This document shows, piece by piece, positions 53,230 through 64,000 of a DNA stretch of 64,000 bases. Position numbers and translations under genes: made by a program. The DNA lies in NCBI GenBank assembly GCA_026936335.1, contig JAPMXV010000075.1:124001-188000 (forward strand), in the 5' to 3' direction. Position 1 is the first letter of the stretch; every line of letters begins with the position of its first letter. This DNA comes from Mantamonas sphyraenae STR306 (Eukaryota > Protista > CRuMs). The notes under the pieces were generated by a model, which saw only the letters and a list, made by a program, of their open reading frames with translations, made no database searches and had not been told where the DNA came from.

Positions 53230-55316
53230 TGGCGTCGCGGAATGAAGAAGTTGGTTGAGTGTGTGGTTGTGAGGGAAATGGGCAAGCAATGAAAACCAGC
53301 ATGAGGAGTAAAAGGCGGTGCTACACACCCGTGTTTGTTGTTCACCACCTGTACAGACAGGACCATCGGGGTCCCAGTAATTACGCTCCAAGCACAACCG
53401 GCGAGTCCTCTTGCTTGGTAGTGTCGTCACTGCACATGCGGAGAAGGTTCCTCATTTGGACACCCCACACACCATGCGCGTTCACTCGTGTTCCATAGCG
53501 GGATTGTCCTCTTCTGAGTCTGCCCTCCACCGTCCTCCGTCCCCGTTGTTGGGTGAGGGAGGGTCGTTGGGATGGGATGGGGGGTTCACCCACCCTCCAC
53601 CATACCCCTTCCACGTACCCAGTCCCATCTTCTTCGTTGTCATTGTCGTTGTGGTTGTGGTTGTGATTGCAACTTGGCGCGTTGCACGTCGACGTGGCCA
53701 CCTGCTTCCTGATGCTGCTACGGTTGTCCCCCTTTCATCCTCCAACCAGCGCCTCCATGCTGCGTCCGCTTCTGGCTTGCCAAAGCCCATGTCCGATGGA
53801 CACTGGAAGGGATCCCACAGAACATGTCCCGGGGGGGAGGGGGGGTTCCTGGAGACGCGCCCACACACTCGCACCCTCCTCACGTCCACCACGCAAACAC
53901 CCTGTGTTTCTCTTCATGGGTGGATGCACACGTTCTGCGGTTTGTCCATCCCTTTGTTCTCCCTCTGTGGCGACTTCTCTCTCCTTGGATCGGGGCGAGC
54001 AGCGCCGTTTTCACGCGCGTACTTTCCACGTGTCACATACACGCCTGTGCGTGCGTGGCTTCCCTTTGGCTTCGGACTGGGTTGACCTAGCCTTGTCCCA
54101 ACTGGTCAAGAGGTTGTTCTCGCGTGCGTGCGAGTTGTGGCTGCAGCCACAGAGGCGACTTGAGGGTGCGTCTGAACCGCGAGAACAAGCTGGAGCGCAC
54201 GGGCCGCCAAAAGCGTGACGTGTGCCACGGAGGACATCCGAGATACGGCTGGGGATGATGCCATGGGCCCCTCAGACGTGGAATTGGTGCATCTGTCCGG
54301 TTCCAAGGTGTGCTAAGGCGCCCATGGTGTTGAACGTGGCCTCGGTTGCCGGGCGTGTCGACGGGCGCCTTGGTCGCCGTCTGCCAGAATCCCATCACAG
54401 AGGCAGGGAGGACATTCGAACCGACTTTGACGACAGTACGCCACCGCACGTGTGTTTGTGCATGTGTTGGTGCAACGTCATTCTCACTACTGTTCCACGA
54501 TGTTGGAGGGGGGCGGGAACTCCGGTGGCTGAAAACGCGCACCTCGGCGGGTGGGTGTGTGCATGTGTCCCCAGGACCACAACTTCAGTGAGGGTACACA
54601 CACATACACGGGTCTCCCAATGGACGAAGCTGGTGATGTGTGTTCCCATCTGCGACCATTTCAAGTGCGATGTGAAACGCCTCGCTTTTCGGACCCACCA
54701 GTGGATGATTGAGAACGTGTGGGTGGCAGAGGCGCCACCAGTGCGGTCGCGACGGATGAACGGGTCATGCCAGGCGAAGCTTTGGTCTCTGTTGAGTCTC
54801 ACGTGCAGCTCCGGGATTTTCCTGACTCGAAGAGGTGGAGAAAAAAGAACGCCGTTCACATTTTGGGAACGGATGATGGACCCCGAACATTATGAGTCAA
54901 CCCGAAGGTAGCAGCCAAAAGCGCAACTCAACGGAGGAGGAGGACCAACGTGTCAGAGAAGAATTTTCCTGCCGAGTCTATCACGTGTGTCATGGGTGAC
55001 ATGGTGGACATGGATGCACAGGAGAGAATTCAAGATTCCCGGAGGAGTGGGAGTTGGGAGTGTGCAGCGTACGGGGAGAGGATACCGGGCGGGAGAAACG
55101 GAGCGTGGCGGTGAAGGCGCCGAACGACGCAACGCATCTTGGAATTGGTGACATCGAACAGGAATCTCAGGGTAAGTGAGGTGGCTGGGTGGAGAACACA
55201 CGGCTGGTGGGCTGTTGAGGGGAGGAATGGAAGGGGGCGGTCGCTGTGGGAGGGAGAGTGGGCGGGTGGTGCCCACGACGCTCACAACGGAGAGCAGACA
55301 CAGATTGGGTACACAG

Positions 55317-56376
55317 ATGAATACCGATTGGAATGATCTGCTGAAGAACGGGGACCATGCACAGATTTGTAGTGCACTGGAGGCAGCGGGAGAGGTAGGC
55401 TGGGACCGGAACACAAGGAAGAGCGGGAAAGAAGTGGGTGAAGGGCAACAGTGGAGTGTGTGCTGACACGACACGTGGGCCACAGCGGCTGCGCATTAAT
55501 TGCATGTATCTAGGGGACGACGAGGCAGTAGCGCTTGCCAAGGCGCTGGGGAAGAACACCAGATTGCGGACACTCGACCTGGGCTTCAACAACATTGAGG
55601 ACGAAGGAGCAACAGCGCTGGGACAGGCACTGAGTGAGAACAGCAGCTTGCAGAGACTGGACCTCAGGGCAAACAGCATCGGGGCAGCAGGAGCAGGAGC
55701 AGTGGCGCACGGACTGAGTGCGAACCGCAGCTTGCAGACGCTGTACCTCTTCAGGAATTCGATCGGGGCAGCAGGAGCAGCAGCACTGGGGCAGGGTCTG
55801 AGTGAGAACAGCAGCTTGCAGACACTGCACCTCGGCTGGAACAACATCGGGGACAAAGGTGCAGCAGCACTTGCTCAGGCGATAAAGGGCAATCGGTCGT
55901 GCTGGAAGATCACCGGCGTTCGCAATGACGCGTTACAGTCGCTGTTGGAGAGGAACATGGAGAATCACGTGGAGTTTGTGGGGTGTGGGGATGTGGAGAC
56001 GATGAGAGAGTTGTGGGAGTGGGGTGTGCCTGTGGACACATTTGCGGGAGAGGGGGGGACGGAGACTGCGCTGGAGAGAGGGGTGAAGGGAGGGGACGAG
56101 GGGTTGGTTGAGGTGTTGCGGGGATGGGGTGCGAAGCCGATGATGGAAACGGTGGAGTTGGTGAGGAAGGAGGGGTGGAGGAAGGCGTGGCATTGGATTG
56201 GGTGGGGTGGACAGGTGGATGAGGCGATGGAGGTGGGGTTGGTGATGAACGGGGAGGAGAGGGAGGTGATGTTTGAGTGTGGAGGGATGGAGGCGTATGA
56301 ACCGACTGCACAGTGGATGACACTGCCAGACGAGGTGATGGAGAGGGTGATTGGGTGGGTGGGGAGGGGATGGTGA
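55317..56376 (+). CDS. LRR-ankyrin-F-box-like paralogue B, ~5 LRRs; join(55317..55394,55486..56376), ~322 aa
   Basis: Exon 1 MNTDWNDLLKNGDH; same intron position; same C-terminal module. Confidence 0.86.
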
Positions 56377-56399
56377 GTGGGGAGGGGAGGTGCGGAGAG

Positions 56400-56990
56400 G
56401 CGAATGTAGGTGGACAGTTTTTGAACAGTGATATGTGTGTGTGTGTGAGGTGGACGCGGGATGTGAAGGCGGCGACGAAGAGGCTGAGCGCTCCTTGTCC
56501 TCTATGCGCGGGTACAACAACGCATATTGCATACAGACAGTTTTGAACAGTCATCAGGTAGGGAGGGGCGGGGGCATCGGGGACTTGTGCCCGTGTATAG
56601 ATGGGATAGAGAGATAGTAACGAGAGGAATCAGGAGAGGCTGACAATCATGGGATACAGGAAATATGGGCTTAAACGTACATCAGTGGTTGGAATTGTTG
56701 CAGAGCGGGGACCATGGGCGGATTGTAGAAGCTTTGGAGGATCAGGGAACGGTGAGTTGGCGGAAAGAAATCGGGAGGGAGTTTTGGGTGAGCGTGACGT
56801 TGATCGTCGCACAGGGAAGGAGGGATGGGTGTAGGGTGGATGTGATGGTGTATACGCAAGATGGAACGTGTGTTGACACGGCACACACAGAAATTGGACC
56901 TTGCACGTGGGGACCTGGGAGGCAAAGAAGCGGTGGCACTTGCGCGGGCACTAGCTCAGAACAGCAGCTTGCAGACCCTGGACCTCGCAG
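56400..56990 (+). repeat. Recent duplicate of 50930-51510 (upstream region, exon 1, intron and first LRRs of paralogues A and C)
   Basis: Near-identical non-coding sequence, e.g. GAAGAGGCTGAGCGCTCCTTGTCCTCTATGCGCG..CATATTGCATACAGACAGTTTTGAACAGTCATCAGG in both places. Confidence 0.92.
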
Positions 56991-58789
56991 ACAACCCCAT
57001 CGGGGTAAAAGGCGCAACAGCACTTGGGAAGGCACTGAGGGAGAACAGCGGCTTGCAGACACTGGACCTCAGCCACAACAGCATCGGGGCAAAAGGCGCA
57101 GCAGCATTGGGGCAAGCACTGTGTGAGAACATCAGCCTGCAGACGCTGGTCCTCAAAAACAACAGCATCGGGAAAGAAGGAGCAGCAGCACTGGGGCAAG
57201 GACTGAGTGAGAACAGTACCTTGCAGACACTGAACCTCGGAAAAAACAGCCTCGGGGCAGAAGGCGCAGCAGCACTGGCAAAGGTACTGGGTGAGAGCAG
57301 TAGCTTGGAGACACTGAATCTCGACAGCAACAGGATCGGGGCAGAAGGAGCAGCAGCCCTGGGGCAGGCACTGAGGGAGAACCAGAGCTTGCAGACACTG
57401 GGTCTCACCAAGAACAGCATCGGGGCAGAAGGCGCAGCCGCGCTGGGGCAGGCACTGAGGGAGAACCAGAGCTTGCAGACACTGGGTCTCACCAAGAACA
57501 GCATCGGGGCAGAAGGCGCAGCCGCGCTGGGGCAGGCATTGAGTGAGAACAGCAGCTTGCAGAAACTGGGTATCAGCGACAACAGCATCGGGGCAGAAGG
57601 TGCAGGCGCGCTGGGGCAGGCACTGAGTGAGAACAGCAGCGTGCAGAATCTGGATATCAGCCGCAACGGCATCGGTGGAGAAGGAGCAAAAGCTCTGGCG
57701 CGGGCACTGAGTGAGAAAAACAGCTTGCAGTTTCTGGAGCTCTCTAGCAACAGGATCGGGGCAGACGGAGCAGCAGCACTGGCGCAGGCACTGGCTGAGA
57801 GCCGCAGCTTGCAGATACTGGACCTCGGCTGGAACAGCATCGGGACAGAAGGTGCAACCGCACTTGGGCAGGCACTGAGTGAGAACAACAGCTTGCATAC
57901 ACTGATCCTCAGCCGCAACAGCATCGGGGCAGAAGGAGCCGCAGCACTGGCGCAGGCACTGAGTGAGAACAGCAGCTTGCAGACACTGAACCTCAGTACC
58001 AACACCATCAAGGCAGAAGGAGCAGCAGCACTGGGGCAGGCACTTTGTGAGAACCAGAGCTTGCAGAGACTGAACCTCGGAAACAACAGCATCTTGGCAG
58101 AAGGAGCCGCAGCACTGGCCCAGGGACTGGGGAAGAGCAGCAGCTTGCAGACCCTGAACCTTAGTACCAACAGCATCAAGGCAGAAGGAGCAGCAGCACT
58201 GGGGCAGGCACTTTGTGAGAACCAGAGCTTGCAGACACTTTACATCAACTTCAACAGCATCGCGGACAAAGGAACAGCAGCACTGGCCTTGGCGATGGAA
58301 GTCAATCGGTCGTGCTGGAGGATCGATGTCGTTGGCAATGGAGCTTTGCGGTCGCTGCTGGAAAGGAACATGGAGAATCACGTGGAGTTTGTGGAGTGTG
58401 GGGATGTGGAGAAGATGAGAGAGTTGAGGGAGTGGGGTGTGCCTGTGGACACATTTGCGGGAGAGGGGGGGACGGAGACTGCGCTGGAGAGAGCTGTGAA
58501 GGGTGGGGATGAGGAGATTGTGGAAGTGTTGCGGGCATGGGGAGCGAAGCCGAGGATGAAAACGGTGGAGATGGTGAGGAAGGAAGGGTGGAGGAAGGCG
58601 TGGCATTGGATTGGATGGGGTGGGCAGGTGGATGAGGCGATGGAGGTGGCGTTGGTGATGAATGGGGAGGAGAGGGAGGCGATGTTTGAATGTGGTGGGA
58701 TGGAGGCGTATGAACCGACTGCACAGTGGATGACACTGCCGGATGAGGTGATGGAGAGGGTGATTGGGTGGGTGGGGAAAGATGTGTGA
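56665..58789 (+). CDS. LRR-ankyrin-F-box-like paralogue C, ~17 LRRs; join(56665..56751,56891..58789), ~661 aa
   Basis: Exon 1 translation identical to paralogue A; same intron position; same C-terminal module. Confidence 0.88.
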
Positions 58790-60393
58790 ATTGTTCCGTT
58801 CATTCAAGGCGGTGGTGTTTGGAGGAGGAGGGCAAGGGATTGGAGAGGCGTTGAAGAGTGGAATGAATGGAAGGTGATGTGGGGTGATGCGGCCAATGAG
58901 GGTGTGCAGTGTCGTTGGGTTGGAGTTTGGGCAGTCAAGGGATCGTGTGGGAGAAGGGAGTGACGGCATGGGTGACAATGGCGCTGATGGTGGGTTGCAC
59001 CTGCCTGGAGATGAGGTTGTGGCATGGTGATGGGAACGAGGGAGGCCAACACACAGCCGCTAACAGAGCCTCTGGTCGCTTTGACAGTCGTCTCTGGGTG
59101 TTCCTTCTCTGTGAAGTGGATACCATGGGACTGTCGCTGATGATGCATTGGCCTTTGGTGACACCGTGGCTGTATGGATGACACCAGCGAAGTAGAAACT
59201 CCGCCTGTGGGAGGATCAACGCACACAAAACCTGCCCTGTGTCGGCGCACAGCCCTCGTTGGATCCTAAGACCAAGCTTGTAGACGAGTCCACGGGAAAC
59301 ACACGCACAGACGCAGTTTCGTGTTTGGGGTGATTTTGGTGGAGAGCGGCTGGTTGTTGGCCATGTCGACAATGGTCGGAAAGTGGCGAAAAGTGGAATG
59401 AGGGTCATTGGGGTGTGGTTGATGTGTGGAGGGCAGAGACCGAGGCTGAGGGCATGGGACGGCCTGTGGTGCGAGCAGGGGGGCGGCAAAGGTGCGGGTA
59501 CTCGGCCACCGCCTGAAACCAGCTGCGTGAGTTTCTGCGACACTGCTCACGAATGCACAGCCTGACTGTGGTAAAAGTGTGCTTGGGAAGTGTGTGGGTG
59601 ACTACACACAGGTGCAAGAGGTGGGCGTGGTGATCGAGGGGGTGTGTGGTCCGTGGGAGGGCGGTTTGTGGCGCAGGAAGGCGGCGAGGTGCGGCTGGGC
59701 TGGCAAGGCGACAAGCAAAAACGACGCCACGACCACCACCAGGCACATTTTTCATCGAATTTGGGGAACTTGGCGCAGAGGTGGAATGGGAGGATGAGGC
59801 CTGTTGCGTGTGTGGGAGGAGGATGTGTCTGCGACAAAATCACCTCCGGGTGGCAAGGGGAGAGGTCATGGGGCCGCAGTGCAGCAAGGTGGGCGATGAC
59901 GCAGACTCAAGAGAAGGAAGCAGGTGGAGAGTCAGCAGTGTCATACGCAGCAGATGCCAGTGGGGTGGGAGAGCGTGCGCTTGTCAAAGCACAACAAACA
60001 CAACTGACAAAAGGAGATGGACGAACAAGGTGAGTTGACGACGTAGTGGGGTCGATGTGTTGTTTGCCATTGGTTGGTGGGTGTGTGTTGGGACAGCGTG
60101 CAACCAGCTCTTCCGTTTTGGCGTGAGGAAGGAGGCCGGTTGGCGCGTGAGAACCTGGTGGCGAGGATCGTCGTGCTGCCCCCCAACGCACCATAGCAGG
60201 CAACGCTTGGGGTGCACAGAGTACTTGGCCAGTGCAGCAGCAACATGCGCCGCAGCTAACAACCGGCACATGCTCACAGATTCAGACTCTGAAGGTATGG
60301 AGACCATGCAGAGGAGAAAGGGAGCTGGGCAGAGGGAAAGTTGGTGCACACACGCTCACAACGGGCAAAGCAGGCGAAGTGAACATCCTGAAA

Positions 60394-62138
60394 ATGGATG
60401 ATGATGACTGGGCGGCGTTGCTGCGGAGTGGGGATCATGAACGGATTTGTCGGGCACTGGAGGCAGAGGGAGAGGTGGGTTGTGACTGGGACGCGTGGCC
60501 GTGTTGCACGTCAAGAAGCGGATAAAGGGAAACTATGGAGTGTGTGTACTGACACGTGGAACACAGTGTTTGTGTATTCGTAGCCAGTTTCTGGGTGACA
60601 ATGAGGCAGCCGCACTGGCGCAGGCACTGTGTGGGAAGTGCAGCTTGCAGACACTGGACCTCAGTGACAACAGTATTGGGGACGAAGGAGCAGCAGCACT
60701 GGCGCAGGCACTGAGTGAGAACACCAGCTTGCAGACACTGAAGCTTGGTTCCGGCAGCATCGGGAACTTAGGAACAACGGCACTTGCGCAGGCACTGATT
60801 GAGAACAGCAGCTTGAAGACTCTGCAAATCAGCACCAACAGCATCGAGGACGAAGGAGCATCCGCACTGGGTCAGGCATTGTGTGAGAACAACAGCTTGC
60901 AGACTCTGGATCTCAGCCACAGCAGCATCGGTGGCAAAGGAGCGGCAGCAGTGTTCCAGGCCCTGAGTTTGAACAGCAGCTTGCAGACGCTGATCATCAG
61001 CTGGGATGGCATCGAGGCAGAAGGAGACGCAGCACTGGGGCAGGCTCTGAGTGAGAACAGCAGCTTGCTGACATTGGACCTCATCGACGACAGCATTGGG
61101 GACGATGGAGCAGCAGCACTGGCTCAGGGACTGAGTGCGAACAGCAGCTTGCAAACTCTATACGTCGGCCACAACTGCATCGGGGACGGAGGAGCAGCAG
61201 CACTGGCTCAGGGACTGAGTGAGAACACCAGCTTGCAGACACTGGACCTCATCAACAACTGCATCGGGGACGATGGAGCAGCAGCACTTGCTCGAGCATT
61301 GAGTACGAGCAGCAGCTTGCAAACACTATACCTCTGGAAAAACAGCATCGGGGACGATGGAGCAGCAGCACTGGGGCAGGCACTGAGTGAGAACAGCAGC
61401 TTGCAGGCTCTGGACCTCAACAGCAACAGTATCGGGGCAGAAGGAGCAGTAGCACTGGGGCAGGCACTGAGTGAGAACAGTAGCTTGCAGACTGTGGAAC
61501 TCAGCTACAACAAAATCGGGGTCGGAGGAGCAATAGCACTGGCGCAGGCACTCAGTGAGAACAGGAGCTTGCAGAAACTGCACCTCAGAGACAACAGCAT
61601 TGGTGGAGAAGGAGCAGCGGCACTGGCGGAGGCGATGCGTGGCAATCGGTCGTGCTGGAGCATCGTTTATGACCACGATCGGGCTTATCAGTCGTTGTTG
61701 GAGAGAAATAGGAAACATCACGCAGAGTTTGTGGAGTGTGGGGATGCGGTGAGGATGGCTGAATTGAGGAAGTGGGGTGTGCCTGTGGACACCTTTGCAG
61801 GGGAGAGTGGGAAGGAAACTGCGCTGGAGCGAGCAGTGAAGCGAGGGGACGAGAGGATTGTGGAGGTGTTGCGAGCATGGGGTGCGACGCCGAGGACGAA
61901 AACGGTGGAGATGGTGAGGGAGGAAGGGTGGAGGAAGGCGTGGCATTGGATTGGGTGGAGAGGACAGGTGGATGAGGCGATGGAGGTGGCATTGGTGATG
62001 AATGCGGAGGAGAGGGAGGTGATGTTTGAGTGTGGAGGGATGGAGGAGTATGTGGAGGAAGGAGGGTGGGAAGGGTGGGTGACACTGCCAGATGAGGTGA
62101 TGGAGAGGGTGATTGGGTGGGTCGTGGTGGCTGGGTGA
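60394..62138 (+). CDS. LRR-ankyrin-F-box-like paralogue D, ~13 LRRs; join(60394..60474,60567..62138), ~550 aa
   Basis: Exon 1 MDDDDWAALLRSGDH; same intron position; ends WVTLPDEVMERVIGWVV. Confidence 0.86.
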
Positions 62139-62213
62139 GGTGGGGAATGAACACCACTGGTTTGTGTCTGCGCAAAGTCTTCCCAGCATCCTTGCGCACC
62201 CAAACCAACCACC

Positions 62214-63570
62214 ATGGACTGGAATCACCTGCTGGATTCCCCCTCCGACCCATTGTCTATTGAAGAGGCACTGGCACACGCTGGGAAAGTACGCTGAATC
62301 GCATTCCCCCGTTGCTGCTGCGCAAGGACCTTGCCTTACTCGCCTCCACCCCACCCCCGCTCTCAAGTCGCTCTCACTGCGGCAATGGCAGCTCACAGAC
62401 ACCCAAATCGCCTCTTTGGCATCATTTGGCATTGCCGGAAACACCACCCTCCAAGTCCTGGACCTCACACGGAGTGGAGTAGGCCCTCACGGCGCAACCG
62501 CCCTTGCCAAGGCCCTCACCGCCAACACAACCGTCCACACGCTAAAGTTGAACAGCAATGTCATCGAAAGCAAAGGGTGCATTGCAATCATCGAGTCGTT
62601 GAACCACAACAACTCTCTGCTCTCCCTCAGTCTCCTGAAAACCAACCTCGATGACGAGTCGTTCCGTCTGGATGCAAACAACACGCTGAACGAGCTGAAC
62701 GTCGCCTTCAACACCGTTGGCGACGCCTTTGCCGCCTCGTTGGCCAGTTGACTTTCTGAAAACACTTCTCTGTGCATCTTGACCCTCACCCACAACCAAA
62801 TCAGCTGCCAAGGCGCAGAGGCCCTCGCTGCAGCGCTCACACACAACGTCAGGCTGACAGACCTTTCACTTGCCCACAACCACATCGAACGCAAAGGCGC
62901 TGTTGCCTTGGCCACTGCTCTGTTGGCAAATAGCACCCTGCAGTCTCTGAATCTCTACCACAACAGCATCGATGACGACGGAGCCATCGCCATCGCCACA
63001 GCCCTGCATTCAAACAGCACTCTGCAGATTCTTGATTTGGCCAAGAATCCCATCAACGACTTGGGGCAAACGGAATTGACGACTGCTTTGACCAACAACA
63101 CGACTTGCTTGCGCATCGACTGCTGCAAGAGGGTGTTCAACTTGACACAAGCGAGGAAGTTCACAACAGCTGCACAGCGTGGCGATATTGCCACCATGGG
63201 CGAGTTGAGAGAGTGGGGTGTCGCTGTGGACGCTCGGGCAGGCGAGCACGGGCAAACCGCCTTGCAGCTGGCCATGGAAGCCAGACAGGATGCTGTGGTT
63301 GCACAACTGAGGCGTTGGGGGGCACAGGCGACGTATTCATTCACAAAGTCGATCGGGGGTTCAAACTGGGAATGGCGGGAACCGTGGCATTGGGTGTTGG
63401 GCACCGTGGTGCAAGACACCGCATTGGAAGTCGTCCTGGCCATGAACGCTGAGGAGCGGGATGTGATGTTTGAAGCAGGAGGGATGGAAGGGTATGTTCC
63501 CACGGCCCTGTGGAGCACCCTTCCAGACGAGGTGATGGAACGTGTGGCAACGTGGATCGGCCATCTGTGA
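62214..63570 (+). pseudogene. Divergent LRR-ankyrin-F-box-like paralogue E, ~9 LRRs, with in-frame TGA at 62749-62751; join(62214..62288,62368..63570)
   Basis: Exon 1 MDWNHLLDS; the two ORFs are in the same frame, separated only by TGA (ASLAS*LSENTSL); clear ankyrin GQTALQLAMEARQDAVVAQLRRWGA; ends WSTLPDEVMERVATWIG. Confidence 0.7.
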
Positions 63571-64000
63571 CACCACACCATGCTGAAGTGCACAGGTCCA
63601 CGCGTGGCGATACGTGCATCCAATGCGATTCAGTCTAATGTTGGAATTGCTTTGGTGGGTTTGGGGGAAGAAGACAACACTGACGCCGGCGCGCAGGGCA
63701 GCCAAACAATGATCAAACGAGGGAAATCTTCTCGTCTCTTTGCACTGGCCTTGAACTGCATGTTTGGCATGTGTGGCCACGCGTCGGAGGGAGCCAGGAC
63801 ATGGACAGAGCCCGACGAGGGGCTCTGAGGAGAAACGTAGCTGGGCTTCGGGATGCCAGCAACGTGGACACGCCTATGGTCCAGTGACGGGCTTCCCTTT
63901 CCAGGGACGGGCACCAACCAACATCTTGCTTCCGCTGGATGCCGAAAGGGACGAGAGGGTGGACCCCCAACAGTGGGGTTGGATCGACAGGTTTGCATCT

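Noticed and set aside
53400-55200. ORFs of 130-230 aa between paralogues A and B (transposon or gene?)
   Set aside because: No recognisable transposase, RT or other motif and no terminal repeats seen; left unannotated.
62749-62751. Genome-wide TGA reassignment or selenocysteine
   Set aside because: TGA terminates MSH6, ASL and others at expected ends; the position is Gly/Ala in sister repeats, not Cys.
51179-63570. NLR or diversity-generating retroelement interpretation of the LRR array
   Set aside because: No NTPase domain, no reverse transcriptase and no adenine-specific template/variable repeat pair are visible.

Overview
Gene-dense, GC-rich eukaryotic DNA, probably from a unicellular protist. 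It uses the standard genetic code and has short GT-AG introns, many with a CTGAC-type branch site. Three zones are visible. (1) 1-20 kb is a very compact housekeeping block: a truncated glycosyltransferase-like gene, MSH6, a SAM-domain membrane protein (BFAR-like), alkaline ceramidase (with a possible intronic C/D snoRNA), a Lys-rich LRR-CaaX protein, argininosuccinate lyase, and a ~2860-aa membrane-anchored WW-IQ-DH-PH RhoGEF with three tandem-repeat blocks. (2) 20-48 kb is a co-oriented run of six surface/secretory genes: a CAR/GCR1-like GPCR, a Patched/NPC1-like transporter, a GT61 glycosyltransferase, an LRR multipass receptor, a PKD2/TRPP channel, and a ~4200-aa propeller/EGF/IPT/Ig multipass protein. 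(3) 48-64 kb is a looser, fast-evolving zone: a BTB-SPRY gene placed divergently from a tandem array of five paralogues. Each paralogue has hypervariable 28-aa LRRs, an ankyrin pair and a C-terminal F-box/PRANC-like motif. The array is the best candidate for an undescribed system: diversifying LRR substrate receptors for ubiquitin ligases, possibly with an immune role. All family calls come from motif recognition by eye; no database searches were run.
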